DNA of 64,000 bases from Psammoneis japonica (taxonomy: Eukaryota): assembly GCA_008632985.1 (NCBI GenBank), contig QPGO01000012.1, forward strand, positions 1 to 64,000, given 5' to 3'. The position numbers were made by a program, and so were the translations under genes. Shown here one piece after another: positions 1 through 12,350 of this stretch. Below the pieces are notes generated by a model that was given only the letters and a program-made list of their open reading frames with translations, did not search any database and had not been told where the DNA came from. The first letter of the stretch is position 1; each line of letters starts with the position of its first letter.

Positions 1-2108
1 GGAGATGAAAATGACTTGTATCATGCCGGCGGGATCACATACATTGGCCCATCGGACGCAATCGGACCCTTTCCAAACACCGACTCGTATCAAGATGGTA
101 TCGTTACAAAGTCTGGCATTGTGATTCATAGCATCAGTCGTGCCAGCAACGTCATGAGATTCTCCGTCTCGTTTGTGGACAATAAGAGCGCACCCCTCAT
201 GCTTTATACCGAGGAACCAACCACCCGACCCACGCCTATACCAACTTCGGAACCAACCCGTATCCCATCTACTCCGTTCCCAACAATCGGACATGTTGTA
301 AGTAAAGAGCTTGGCACTTCTTTTCAAGGAGACAAGGCCGCCTCGGGTTGCATGTTTGACGTCCGGCCGCTCAATAGCTTGTATCTTCATGGAATGGACA
401 TTCATACCGACTCGACAGGGTACCTTCTGATTGAGATTTGGACCAAGCCAGGAACGTTCAAGGGATTTGAGACAAACAAGAATGAATGGAGTTTGGTTAT
501 TAAAGAGGTGATGCGGGGAAAGGGATTGGGAAATCGGAGTCCAGTACCGTCCTTTCCGTCCATGAAAGTGGCCGCCAAACAATCCTTCTACGTGGCTATT
601 CGGACAGGCGGACAAGTCTATTCCACCGCTGATGGGCAGCCGAGTAGTAGTGGCAAGAACAAGGTGTATGCCTCGAATAAAGACATCCAGATTCTGGAGG
701 GTGTTGGAAAGAAGAGTTACTTTGGCCGAAGCAATCGCAACCGACAGTGGAATGGCGTGCTGCACTATACGGTGGGTGCTGGCAACAACCGCGTCACTAC
801 GCCGGCTCCAACCGCCGCAAACCCAACGCCAACTCGAGCGGACCATCATCACGTCCCACACCATCTGTCAAACCATCAACGTCGAGACCATCGTCACAAC
901 CCACGCCATTGCCCACATTTCGTCCAACAACAATACAAGGAAAAAGAACCTTGCCACCGTCTACTGCTGCTTCCATCAAAAAGATCGTAACAACCTTTCA
1001 AGGAAGAGATGAACAAGCCGGAATCATGTTTGACATGGTTGCCTTTCAACCCGTAACCATTACGGGTATCAATGTTCTGATGACCACGTCGCTGTTGTCT
1101 GCCAGCATTACGGGTGACTTTACAATGGAAGTTTGGACCAAAATGGGCAGTTACAAGGGTTTTGAAACCGAATGTATAGCATGGAGACAAGTGGGAGTCA
1201 CCGACATTCATGTTGCTACTAGTACAACTAGTAGTAGTACCCAAAGCAGGTCTCGTCGTCGACGACGTATCGTCTCGAGCAGTATCCTGCAACAACCGGT
1301 TCCCATTTCGCAATACCGTGTACAAGCCTTTTACGTCACCATCAAGACTGACATGGACAATAAAGGAATTGTAATGCTCAATAGCAGCCCGGGTACAGGA
1401 CGAAACAAGGTTGCAGCTCACGATGAGAATCTTGCCATCTTGGAAGGAGTCGGAATTTCGTATCCTTGCAGCAGCAGCAATGTCGTTACTACTGAGAGCC
1501 GAATAATCTTGAATGGCATGATTCAGTATTTGCCCTTGATTGACGACGAAGTAACACTGCCCTTGCTGCCCACACCTCAACCAACTCCTATGCCGACCAG
1601 CAGCAACACCCATAAAGAACTCTTGACTACCTTTTTTGGAGGCAAGACGGGAGAGGGGTGCATGTTTCACGTGATTGCCAAGCAAAAAGCAGTCTCCCTC
1701 ACTGGATTCCGACTTCATGTGGACACCATGAAGGAGGTCCGGTACGAGATTTGGATGAAACGTGGAACCTTTGTTGGTTTTGAAACAAACCGCAAAGCTT
1801 GGACCCGCGTCGCTCGGGGGACCATTCATGGACAGGGTCGCGGACGGCCATCCTTGCCGCTTCTTCTGCATAGTGACGGATTCTTGTCAGTCGAAAAAGG
1901 CACCATGATTGCACTTTACATCACATTGACGGAAAGCAAGATGCGTTATACCAATGCAAATAAAATGAAACAACACGCCGGTTCCAACTCGGATTTGATC
2001 ATAACCAAGGGCGTTGGAAAATCCTATCCCTTTGCGATTACGTACCAAGACCGTGTCTGGAACGGAGTGTTGATGTACAACATTGATGGTGCTGTACCGT
2101 ACGAGTAG
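1..2108 (+). CDS. 3' part of a multidomain protein: probable M6/immune-inhibitor-A-like metalloprotease C-terminus, Pro/Thr linkers and three repeated ~135-aa domains; apparent frameshift near 830
   Basis: ORFs 16..990 and 747..2108 join via a frame change in the P/T linker. The motif GDENDLY...PNTDSY...IHSIS...MRF resembles M6 protease C-termini. Three repeats of TTF.G...G.MF.V...E.W.K.G...GFE...L.I..GVG..Y...WNG...Y follow. Confidence 0.65.
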
Positions 2109-2723
2109 AAAATAGACACAGGCGCTTTCTTTCGTATTACGTCGTCAAGGGGAGATTTGCATCATTATGGTGTTTTGAGTCTTGTTCGGCTTGTTAAAAG
2201 AAAGTAGCAAAGCCTGAATTAATCTTCATAGCCGTATCTTGGGTGGTATGATTCAGTATTTGCCCTGGATTGACGACAAAGTAACGCCCTTGTTGCCCAC
2301 ACCTCCACTGACTCGTGCGCCAACCAGCACACAACCCATGAAAAGGAACTCTTACTACCTTTTTTGGAGACAAGATGGGAGAGGGTTGTATGTTTCACGT
2401 GATTTCCAAACAAAATGCAGTGACCATTCCTGGATTCCGACTTCATTTTGATACCATAAAGGAGGTCCCGTACGAGATTTGAATGAAGCGTGGGNNNNNN
2501 NNNNNNNNNNNNNNNNNNNNNNNNNNNNNNNNNNNNNNNNNNNNNNNNNNNNNNNNNNNNNNNNNNNNNNNNNNNNNNNNNNNNNNNNNNNNNNNNNNNN
2601 NNNNNNNNNNNNNNNNNNNNNNNNNNNTTGGGGGGCGTCTTTGGAAGTGAGATCGTCGAAGGCGGTCTGATCGCCAGTGCGTTTGGGGTTTTCCCAGTAC
2701 AATTTGTACGCAAAAAAAAACAA

Positions 2724-2928
2724 TGGGGGACGTCTTCGGAAGTGAGACTGTCGAAGAAAGTTACGTAGAATTTGTACCAAAACAGTCTGTCAATCAGTGC
2801 GATTGGGTATTTGGGACCTCTGGACAGATCCTACGTGTTTTTTTTGCGTACAAATTGTACTGGGAAAACCCCAAACGCACTGGCGATCAGACCGCCTTCG
2901 ACGATCTCACTTCCAAAGACGCCCCCCA
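2724..2928. mobile_element. MITE family A, unconverted copy (TIR TGGGGRCGTCTTYGGAAGTGAGA)
   Basis: Terminal inverted repeats at both ends; a second, mutated copy lies at 10317-10548. Confidence 0.75.
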
Positions 2929-2954
2929 GAACGAGATGCGTTACACCAATGTCA

Positions 2955-3199
2955 TCGTGAGACCCCACAAATGCGGAGGGACCCTCCTGTAGAGCTCTGC
3001 GCGAATTTTTGTATGTGGCACTGAAACATGTAGCCTACATGCGCAAAACTGGCACAGTTTCTACGACAAAAATCCGAAAAAACGCCTGGCTCGCGAGACA
3101 GCTCTGGTGCAAAACCTGCGTGAGCAGCCCCCGTGCATTCACGCAGAACTCTGCACATTTCCGGGTTGCGGGTCCCTCCGTGTTTGTGGGGTCCCACGA
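2955..3199. mobile_element. MITE family B, probably Tc1/mariner-type with a mutated TA target-site duplication
   Basis: ~30-bp TIRs tcgtgagaccccacaaatgcggagggaccc / gggtccctccgtgtttgtggggtcccacga. Flanks are CA and TG at a site that is TA in the parent gene. Confidence 0.75.
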
Positions 3200-3480
3200 T
3201 GAAATGGAAGTGCAATGAAGCACGCAGGTTCCAACTCGGATTTGATCATCACCAAGGGCGTTGGAAAATCTTGTCCCTTTGCGATTGCCTGCCAAGACCG
3301 TGTCTGGAACGGAGCGTTGATGCACAACATGGACGATGGCACTGTTGCTTGGTGCAAATGCTGGAAACAAGGCACTTTTGTTTCATCCATTGCGTCGTCT
3401 TTCATTCCCAGTCTTGCTCGGCTCGACACCGTGTTGACATGAGAAAGCAGCAAAGCCTGAGTCAACTGCCGTTGACAACG

Positions 3481-3524
3481 CACACACACACACACACACA
3501 CACATGCACACACACACACACACA
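3481..3524. repeat. (CA)n microsatellite
   Basis: Direct reading; one TG interruption. Confidence 0.95.
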
Positions 3525-3899
3525 AGCTGCGATCCGATCAATCTTTTTTTTTTCTTCATGTGTCAACTCGAACGCTTGCACTCAGCATCGCTCTTGTGTG
3601 CCAACAGTCAAAAGTGTTGAGAGTGCATCTTGATCTGCAAATGGCTGCTGTGTGTTGAAGCACTGAAAAAATCAATCACGTCTTTTTTGCAGCATTGTGA
3701 GGTGAGCACTCGAGGTGAGCACTCGAGGGCAAGTTTCACAACATTTTCTTTTGTTGTGCTCACAAAATCAATTGTTTCCAACATCTTTGATGTTGGGGTG
3801 AAGTTTTCTCATCTGTTGTTTTGGAAAGAATGAGAATCAGAAGAGCAGCGAAGCTGTCACAAGTGCAGACGAAAATTTTTGTTGCGAAAATCAAATGTC

Positions 3900-6300
3900 T
3901 TGAGGAGCCGCCTGCGCTCCCCACCAGTGGCTGGCACCACTTTTCACACCAACTCAAGAACCCTGGATGACCAGTTCAGACAAGCACTGCATTGACAGCG
4001 GATCTCCAAGAGGCGCTGCATGCCTCAGAGACTTTGTTCTGCTGCTTTGGCCGGGCAAGCCCTGTCCGTCGTGACCTCCAGCCCAACAGCTTCTAGCATC
4101 TCAAGCACTTGTCACACTTTGCTTTCAGCTCCAATCACCCATGATCATTGCAATTTGGGACTCATGGCAAGACACAGTTGATTTGACCACAACATGTGAT
4201 GAATCTTCTTGCAGTCCAAGTCAATTTGGTTCTCAAGTTGAGCAGCTCGCAAGCCACTTCCAGGTGGATCTGTGCTTGTTTCTGTTCATGTGAAACCACC
4301 TCAAAAAGCCAGACACCTCAGCCTGTTGTCTTCTGTGAACATGTGAGTGAGCAGACGTGATTGCATCAAATGCACTCCGACTTGAACACTGGAAATGGCG
4401 TTGCTGGTCAATGCACCTGCAGCAGAAATTTTGATGGAGAGCAAAAAAACGTTGGCAAAAGTGTGACAAGAACTGACAGTTTGAGCGGCAATCGCCCAAC
4501 AATGTCCCTCCCACGGGATCAACTGAGACTTTCCATGTGTGCTCAATGCTCAAATTAAAACATTGACGAAGTTGCAACCGAACAATCAACATTGTCGGTG
4601 ACACATTCTTTCCACAGACAAGCATGATGCAAGGTGGTGCTTGACCAACCACCATGAACATCATCCGCAGGTGACTCCACTCACACCAAATCTTTTGTTG
4701 AGTTGTTCAATGAGTGCGCGAACCTTTCATGAACTTCGGTCACAGAGGCATTTGCAACCTTCAATTGGGTGGAGGCAACAACAGCAAAAACACATGAAAA
4801 GCAGTGATGTGAAAAAAAAACATCTAAAGGAAAAATTCGAGTGGCAATTGCTGCACCACATGCTTCCAACAGGGTTTGGAAAGACTCCGCAGATGCGATT
4901 GCCACTTGATTGTGAACATTGACGCCACCGCAAACAATTTGCTCACCATGGTTGAAATCTTTTTTTCTTGTGCAAAAAGCACAGGGGACGCGTTCCAGAC
5001 GTAGGTGGGAATCCGTGTGACATTGGGCCCGTAGACTTCTACGTGCGAGCTCCGTAGTAAAATTATACGGTAATTAAAATGTCAATGATCGCCAACAGAA
5101 AATGAGGCAATTTTGCGAACGCACAAACTCGCACATGATTGAAGTACATCATTTTTTACTTCGCCAGTTACATTCTTCAGACATTGAAGAATGTAACTGG
5201 CGCATTATTGTTTCTATAAATTTGTTATATAAAACGTCTGGGGCTTCGCAAAACAGCGAGTCTGGACAATTTTTTTTAAATATCACACGTAGAAATCTAC
5301 GTACGAAACATACGACGGATGATAAAAATTATTGTTGTCACACGTCAGTACTACGAGCTCCCACCTAGGGCTGGAACGCGTCAGGGATGTGGCAGATGAA
5401 CGTGAAAACAACATTTCAGTTGAGCTGTTCAACTGCAAGGTAAATCACATGGACTGGCTCATGCAGTGGTGCCATGCCACTGCAGTGGGCAAGTCTGGCC
5501 AGTTGATTCATTCGTTGGAAGCAGTTTTGTCCAATGCAAGTCTGTGTGGTTCTGCACAATTTTGGAAATTTCGCAACACAGTGGCATTGACTCTTGATGG
5601 CACACCATGGCTGTCGAAGCAACGGGCCTTCAGGTTTAGATCTCACTTCTGGAAAAGCAGCACCGATGTCACAAGCCTTTCTTTTGGTCTCACCCCCAGC
5701 ACATGCAACTGCAGGAAAATTTGTTCACTTTGTCAGAGCCATTGTCACATGTGATGACAGTGACAACAAGTGCCGCGCTTGCGGTGCACAGCAACGGTGA
5801 CGACCAAATGTTCTACACAAGTCATGGATGACAAGCAAACATCTGCGAATGCAAGAAGCATTTGTGCTTGACAAGTTTCATGCTCCCAGGATTCCAATGC
5901 TTGTTGACAACTGTGGTTTGTCTGCTCTGATGTGTTTCATGGCACATGCACACATGAACACAGAACACAAATTGATGGATCTGGGATGCCATTTCCATGC
6001 CAAAGTCATCTTGGAGGCAGATGCACAAGCCATTTGAAATCGCTGAGTGAGTCACATGCATGTCCATTGCAAATGTGTTGATGAAACACAGCCCATGTGT
6101 TGTGTTGTGCACTTGCCACAGGCCAAGCCAACTGTTTGGAACAATGGCGCACATCCGTGTGTGACCGCGCATGTTGGAAGCAGTTTTGCCAGAAAAATTG
6201 TGCAAAAATGTTGCACTTTTGACACGGGCACTGCTCAACAACAAAAGGTCACTCAAAGACAATCAAAGAGTAAAAATGTGCATTTTTGAGTGCAGAGATT
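3900..6300 (+). pseudogene. Degenerate coding remnant, possibly a MULE-like transposase, interrupted by MITE C
   Basis: Broken Tyr-poor frames with weak SWIM-like (WCHATAV) and zinc-knuckle-like (KICSLCQSHCH) traces. Confidence 0.2.
4987..5382. mobile_element. MITE family C, young insertion with a 4-bp TSD (AGGG)
   Basis: TIRs gacgcgttccagacgtaggtggga / tcccacctagggctggaacgcgtc; AGGG at 4983-4986 and 5383-5386. It retains normal TA and CG content. Confidence 0.85.
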
Positions 6301-7649
6301 TTGTTTGTGCAGTCATTTGGGGCTTGAACCTTGCTCAATCAGACACAAACACCAAATGAAAAATTGAAACACCAAATGAGGTGCCCAAATGTTTTGAAAC
6401 ACCATGTGTGGTGCTTGTCTCTGATTGGCATCACTTGCGGAAATTGTGGACATGCACAGTGGTTCAAAGCGGCACCAGCTTCGCAGAAATGAATTTTTTT
6501 GCACCAGCGTGGAAATGTGCGTGTGCATCTGGTGCACAAAAATCATGCTGACATCAACATTTTTCTCCGATCTTTCGGCAATGGTGGCAGTTGATGGTTC
6601 ACAGCTGTTGTGCCACTGACACCACTTCAATTGTCATCAAACCCATGGCATGTTGCTCATCACCCTCTTGTCAATTCACACATTTCTTTGAAATTGCGCA
6701 TTCTTCAGCCACAATCCTGACAATCAATGACATCAACACAAGGGAAAAACCAAATCAGGTGCAAGTTGTTTGCTGGCTTGCAACTGCATGTTTTTGTTTT
6801 GTGCACCCAACTGAGCGGCATTTTGCCTTCTCTTTCACTTGATCCCCTGGGGTGTCATTGTTCACAAATGCCGTGCTCCAGTCCTGACCCTCTCCCAAGC
6901 TCAGCTTGGTTTCACCCATTTGAGGATTCCCCAAAATGGCAAGGGCAAGGGGGATCACCTTGTTCTTTTGGGAAATTCCCCCGGGAAATGAGGGCAATTT
7001 AGTGGGAAGGGATGACTAAAGGGCCCGGGGAGGGGAACAAAAAACAAGTGCATTCTGGCAATTCCTGTTTGATTTGGGTTGGGCCGGTGCACCTTTTTCT
7101 CATCTTCATCCAGCCGGGCAATGACCATGATGGATGCATCAACAAATCAACACAAAGCACCCCCTTGTGGCAGAGTGAGGGAAGAACAAACTTTGCCATT
7201 AAATCACGCACATTGACATTGCTCACAAGGCGGCTCCATCATTTGTGCCCCAGCCTTTGCTCCAGAGCACTTGTTGTTTGCATTTGGAACCACACGACAC
7301 AAGAAGAAAAAGAAGATCTGCTGTGTTCTGCACATGAGACAGGTCAAAGGGAAGAACAAGCATTGTCAATCAATCCACCATGTTTTTGTCAGCAATGTGC
7401 AGTTCCACTTTTGCCTTGTCCTTCACACTGGGCACCTCATGGCTTGCCTTTCTGAGTGCACCACAAAAGAGTGATCTGGGTGACCCCCTTCATTCTGCAC
7501 ACAAGATGTGTCAATTGGAAGAATGAGAGAGACCATTCAATCTGACATGTTGTCATCATTGGCCATGCATGGTTCTGCTGCTTTTGCCTTGGCCTTTGCT
7601 GTGCGACTTGTGGCTTGCATTTTGGACTGCATGACAAAAGAACAACCAA

Positions 7650-9900
7650 TGCTCAGATGCTGACTTGCTGGCACTGAATGTGGTTGGCAGACAGAGAGAT
7701 CAGTTTGTGTGCATCAGAGTTGAAATGAGCAGTGATGGGCAGACGGCCATCACAGTGCCAGTGATGACCATGGTGGGTGCAGTCAGAATGGCAGGGAGCC
7801 TGGGCATGGGGGCAAGCAGGCCGCAAACCTTGGCATTGCACTGCGGTCGGCAAACTTTGGAGGTGGCAACAACACTTGGAGCTGGTGCAATGAGCCCAGC
7901 AAGGTGGAGACATGTTGGAAAGCTGGAGACATGCCAGGAGAACCACCAAGTGGCTGGCAGGGCCACCAACCACAATGCAGGAGCCATGTGGGTGGTCCAA
8001 ATGCATGCAGGTGGGAACCAAGAATGGTCAAGAGCCAGGGCACAGCAGAGCAGCCAAGAGAGCAGCCAAAGGAGGCACCAGCAGAACAGATGTCTCAGCA
8101 GCAGGTTGCCAGGTCCTGGAGCTTGAGTCTTTGAGAAGCCACCCTGACTCTGCTGGGGACACTGTCTCTTGTTGGCACCTTTGGGACAATTGTGGCACTG
8201 ACGGCTCCATTGCCATGGTGGCAACCACCATCCTGACCACCATTCCTGCCCATGTTCAGGCAATGACAAACCCAGTGGTCTGCAGCACCACAAACATGGC
8301 AGCCATCACCCAACTTGGACTTGCCAGCAGCTGCCTGAATGCCTTGAGTGTTCTGAATCATCAGCAGAACATTGACATCTCAGGGGTGAGCTGCAGGTTG
8401 GGCAAATTGGTGCCGGTGGTTTGGCAGAGAGCATGCCACTGAAGCTGGGTGGAGGAGCCTTGGAATCCTTGGCATTGTGACCAGGTGGCCACTTGCCATT
8501 GTTGCACTGTGTGTGACGTTCATTGATGACTGGTTCCAAGATGGAGGCTGAATCCAGTTCTTCAGCAAGCAGGAGCTTGTCCACATCATTGTGTGTCATG
8601 TTTTCAATCTTGAGCATGACCTTGGCCAGCTTTTTTAATGTGACACACAGGTTGAACTGAAAGTCCTTGTTCCCAGCTCTGCCAGCTGTGAGAAATGACT
8701 TCAGGAAGCCATGGGTGAGGGTGTTGTTGTGCGGACCCATGACAGCCAGCTGGTTGGTGCAGTCCTTGATGTGTGCAGCCATCACACCAGGTCCTTGCCA
8801 GGAAACTGAGAGGGCTGGACTGCTTGAATGTTGTCTTGCAGCTTTTTGAAAAGCTTGACAGACTGTGCACACAAGATCTTGAGGAGACAAAGCCATTGGA
8901 TGATGGGAAAGTGCTCATTGTCCTTGGCCATGCTGTGCAGCTCCTTGAGTGGGGTGGGTCAAGGCAGTCTCGAAGAGAGGCAACTCTGCATCAACATCAT
9001 TGGCCACATCACACTTTTCACAAGTGGAGGACCACTTTTTGATTCCACTTGGAACAGTGTCAATGGAGAGTTGAGCATGCTCCTTGATGGAGTCTGTCAT
9101 GTGGTCCAAGTCACATGGGTCAGGCATGTGGGTGACAGCATCCAAACCTTGGCACTTGAAATGATCCATTGGGAAGTCAGCAAAAGCAGTTGGATCACCA
9201 CATTTCTTGCATTTCTCCTTTGGGGCAGAAGCAGTGTGGCAGTGGGCACCCTTCTGGGAGGTTCCAACCAAAGCACTGCAAAACTGCATGGGATGGCAAG
9301 GCTCAGTCTTGGCAGCATCATTGAGGCCAGACCAGTCAGCCTTGGGCTTGCCACCACATCATGTCACTTCATTCTTGTCATGAAGAGCAGCAGCACTGCC
9401 CATGGTGGGACCAGTTGGCTTGAAAGATGCTGCTGGAGAAGCTGTTAGGATGACTTGCTTGAGTGCCTCAAATGGGACATCATTGGTGGTGCTCATGGTT
9501 GAACTGCCCTGCTGCTTGCAGTGTCGGTGGACTCATTGGCAGTCATGGTGGTGTTTTCTGACTCAATGTCATCAAAGGGGTGTGGGACCAACCATCTGGG
9601 ATGTCAGCACAATGAAGAAGCAGGAACTTGGAGACACATTCTTGGCATTGGGCAGAGACCATCTTGGAGGGGAGTTCCGTTGTGCATGCAATCTTGCAAC
9701 AGAAGACTCAAGGCACCACAGTGTGGGCCAGAAAGAAGACTGTGCACTCTTGAGTGCAAAAAGCTTGAGCGTTCTCTGTTGCAAGGCATTCCTCAGAAAG
9801 TGCAGGCCTTGTCAAACCCTGATTGGGCACAAATGGCAACCACTCGGGGTCAACAACTCTGATGGCTCTCTGTGAAACATGACTGCAGTCAGTGGGGGGC
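7650..9900 (-). mobile_element. Degenerate LTR-retrotransposon gag remnant (Copia/CoDi-like)
   Basis: CCHC knuckle CHVCGAADHWVCHC at ~8260-8301; gag-like segment HFKCQGLDAVTHMPDP...NDVDAEL; many frameshifts. Confidence 0.65.
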
Positions 9901-10316
9901 ACTGCTGCACTTGTGCAATGGAGCCTGTAGAGCAAGCCAGTTGCAGCACAGAATGAGCTTTTAAAAAGACTGATTCTACAAATTATGAGCCACTTTGAGG
10001 AGATCTGAACATGCTGAGTCTTGTGGGAAAGTTTGCTTCAGCCAATTTTTCAGCCTCAGACTCAAAATTTTCAATGCCACAGTGATCGCCAACAGCAATT
10101 TCCAACAGATCAATGCATGGCCAATGACATGCTTGCTGATGACAGCACTCTCAATGGAAGGTGCAGCAAGAACAGACACTCAAACACCTGTTCACTTGTG
10201 GGAGCCACAAGCAAGCACATTTAAATTTTAAATGTGTCGTTGACTCGTGATTGAAGTGTGTGACTCACGAAGAGAAGGACAGACAACCTGGACTTCCAGC
10301 ATGCCATGCTGGGTGC

Positions 10317-10548
10317 TGGGGGGGGCGTCTTCAGAAGTGAGATTGTCAAAGAAAGTCACACACAATTTTTGCTAAAACAGTCTGTCAATCAGGGCAATTG
10401 GGGCATTTGGGAATGCTGGACAGATCCCCTGTGTTTTTTCTTGTGTGCACAAATTGCACCAGAACCCCCCAAACAACGCACTGGCAATCAGACTGCCTTC
10501 GACAATCTCACTCACTCAGACCAATTAACTTCCAAAGACATCCTCCAG
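10317..10548. mobile_element. MITE family A, TA/CG-converted copy
   Basis: Colinear with 2724-2928 (e.g. gcgtacaaattgtact -> gtgcacaaattgcacc). Confidence 0.8.
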
Positions 10549-10649
10549 CCAGAGTGACTTCCTTTTTTCAAGCATGACAAAACCCAAAACAAAACGGCCA
10601 CCATTGCCATCATTGCTGTCGTTTCCACTTTTGAAATTGCTTTCTCACA

Positions 10650-11880
10650 ATGGCGCCAAAAAAGACAACAGTGGCAGAGGCCAGTGGAAAAGAGCACACA
10701 ATGATGCTGGGCAGCCAAGATGGGTGCAGGGACACACCATCTGAGTTCAGTGTTGCCTTTCTGCAAGATGTGATGGTGTTGAGACAAGAAACTTTGAGTC
10801 CCTTGCCAATGGATCACAGATCTTCTGGAAAAAGCCAAGGGTGGGACACTCACCAATTCAGAAATTGAGCATGCCTTGGTGAGTCACTCCAGGTTCATCG
10901 ATGAGATCCCAAGCAAAACAGATCAACGAGAAGATCACAATTGGCAGGTCATTTGTGGACTCACCTCAGTGTGTGCATCAGACACAGACAAGGTTGGTGA
11001 TCAGGGGACAGCATCTGTTTAACAGCCCGGTTCCTGAAGCATTTGGAAATGTTGGAACTGCAGTTTGCTGCAAGAGGCTCACCCCTGTTCAGTGCTGCTA
11101 AAACCATGCAAGAAACTTGGTGATCTGCAGCGGGAGCACAACGTTGCAACTCAAATCCATGGCACTCAAACTTGTCCAATGGCAATGCCTGTTCTAGACC
11201 TGATTAATTTACCTGGGGCAAACTGCAACGTGTTGCAATGGTCACACCACACTGCCCAATTCCTTTGTCTTTTCTTGCACACGGGAATTTGCACGAAGAA
11301 GGGTGTGTCAACGTGTGGCTTTGTGTGGGCTTACGACAATCAAGGCCTTCCACAGAGAAGGTGTCTGCCATGGCAACACAAAAAACTGGGGAACATGATG
11401 CTTGCAGCCAGGAGTGACAACACAGTCATTGCAATTGACTTCGGATTGGCGGTCGAACATGGAGAGAGTCTGGCGTCATTGACGCCCGGATTTGGTCTGG
11501 AGTGTCCACCAGGAAGGATGTCTCAAATGTGACTTGACATGTTTGGCATCTTCACTGCATGTGTTCCGCACAGGAGAGATGCTGCTGGCAACCTCAAAGC
11601 AACTGCTTGAGACTTTGGAAGGTGGGAATCAATTGCTGCCACCCTCTCTTTGGATTGCCATGAGCTGTCCGCAGTTGACTGGCATTGATTTCATTTGGGA
11701 ATTTGCGAAGGGCTGTGCAGAGACTGCCAATGGGACAGATTGTTCTCTCATTGTGTTGTGTGATGCTGTTTGGCCAAAAGTGAGATTAGAGGATGAAACG
11801 AATTGTGCTCAGACAATCTTCAAGGAAGGAGCATCGAGGTCACTGTTGTCATTGTTGTTGTCAGCAAATCCTCCTTGACT
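10650..11880 (+). pseudogene. Degenerate protein kinase gene
   Basis: KLGNMML...VIAIDFGLAVE (catalytic-loop tail and DFG) at ~11380-11460; frameshifts and stops. Confidence 0.65.
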
Positions 11881-12350
11881 GCAATCAAAAGCATGTGGAA
11901 GACATTGGACAAATAAGTTTCATCCCTTCATGGACGATGCCGTAGATAATAGATTTAAACTAAGTACAGAGTTAAAGAGCCTACGGCATGTAGAGCGGAA
12001 GGGAACAGCAGAAGGAGGCACGGAAGTAGCTGTAGCACGGCAGAATAGAACGGGCGCTTCGTCACGCTTGTTTCGGAGTACAGGCGCCTGGAGACGATGG
12101 GGGTGCCCAAATTCCAGCGAATCATCAACATTGAACATATCATAGACCATCGCTTTACTACAGTAAACATAGAAGTACTAGTAGAAAGCAAACAAAGCCA
12201 AACTAGCTACTAGAGAGAAGTATGCTGCATGATCATGTCATACGATATCTAAAGTCAGTCTAAAGTCACCTTATGGAATGCTACTCTTGGAAAATACCGT
12301 GTCGCCAACTGGCACGCGCTCCTCGATGTTGCGCCTCTCATTGCGCAAAT

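Larger units (their letters stand above)
2230..3460 (+). pseudogene. Tandem partial copy of the 3' end of the preceding gene, interrupted by an N-gap and two MITEs
   Basis: 2239-2490 matches ~1511-1760 with frameshifts. 2930-2952 and 3202-3460 match ~1935-2220, including the 3' UTR (aaagtagcaaagcctga vs aaagcagcaaagcctga). Confidence 0.85.

Noticed and set aside
2629..2928. Near-perfect ~93-bp inverted repeat (hairpin)
   Set aside because: The left arm abuts an N-gap and mirrors the MITE end almost exactly; likely a contig-end artefact.
11920..12150. Short minus-strand ORF in unconverted DNA
   Set aside because: Too short, with no recognisable motif.
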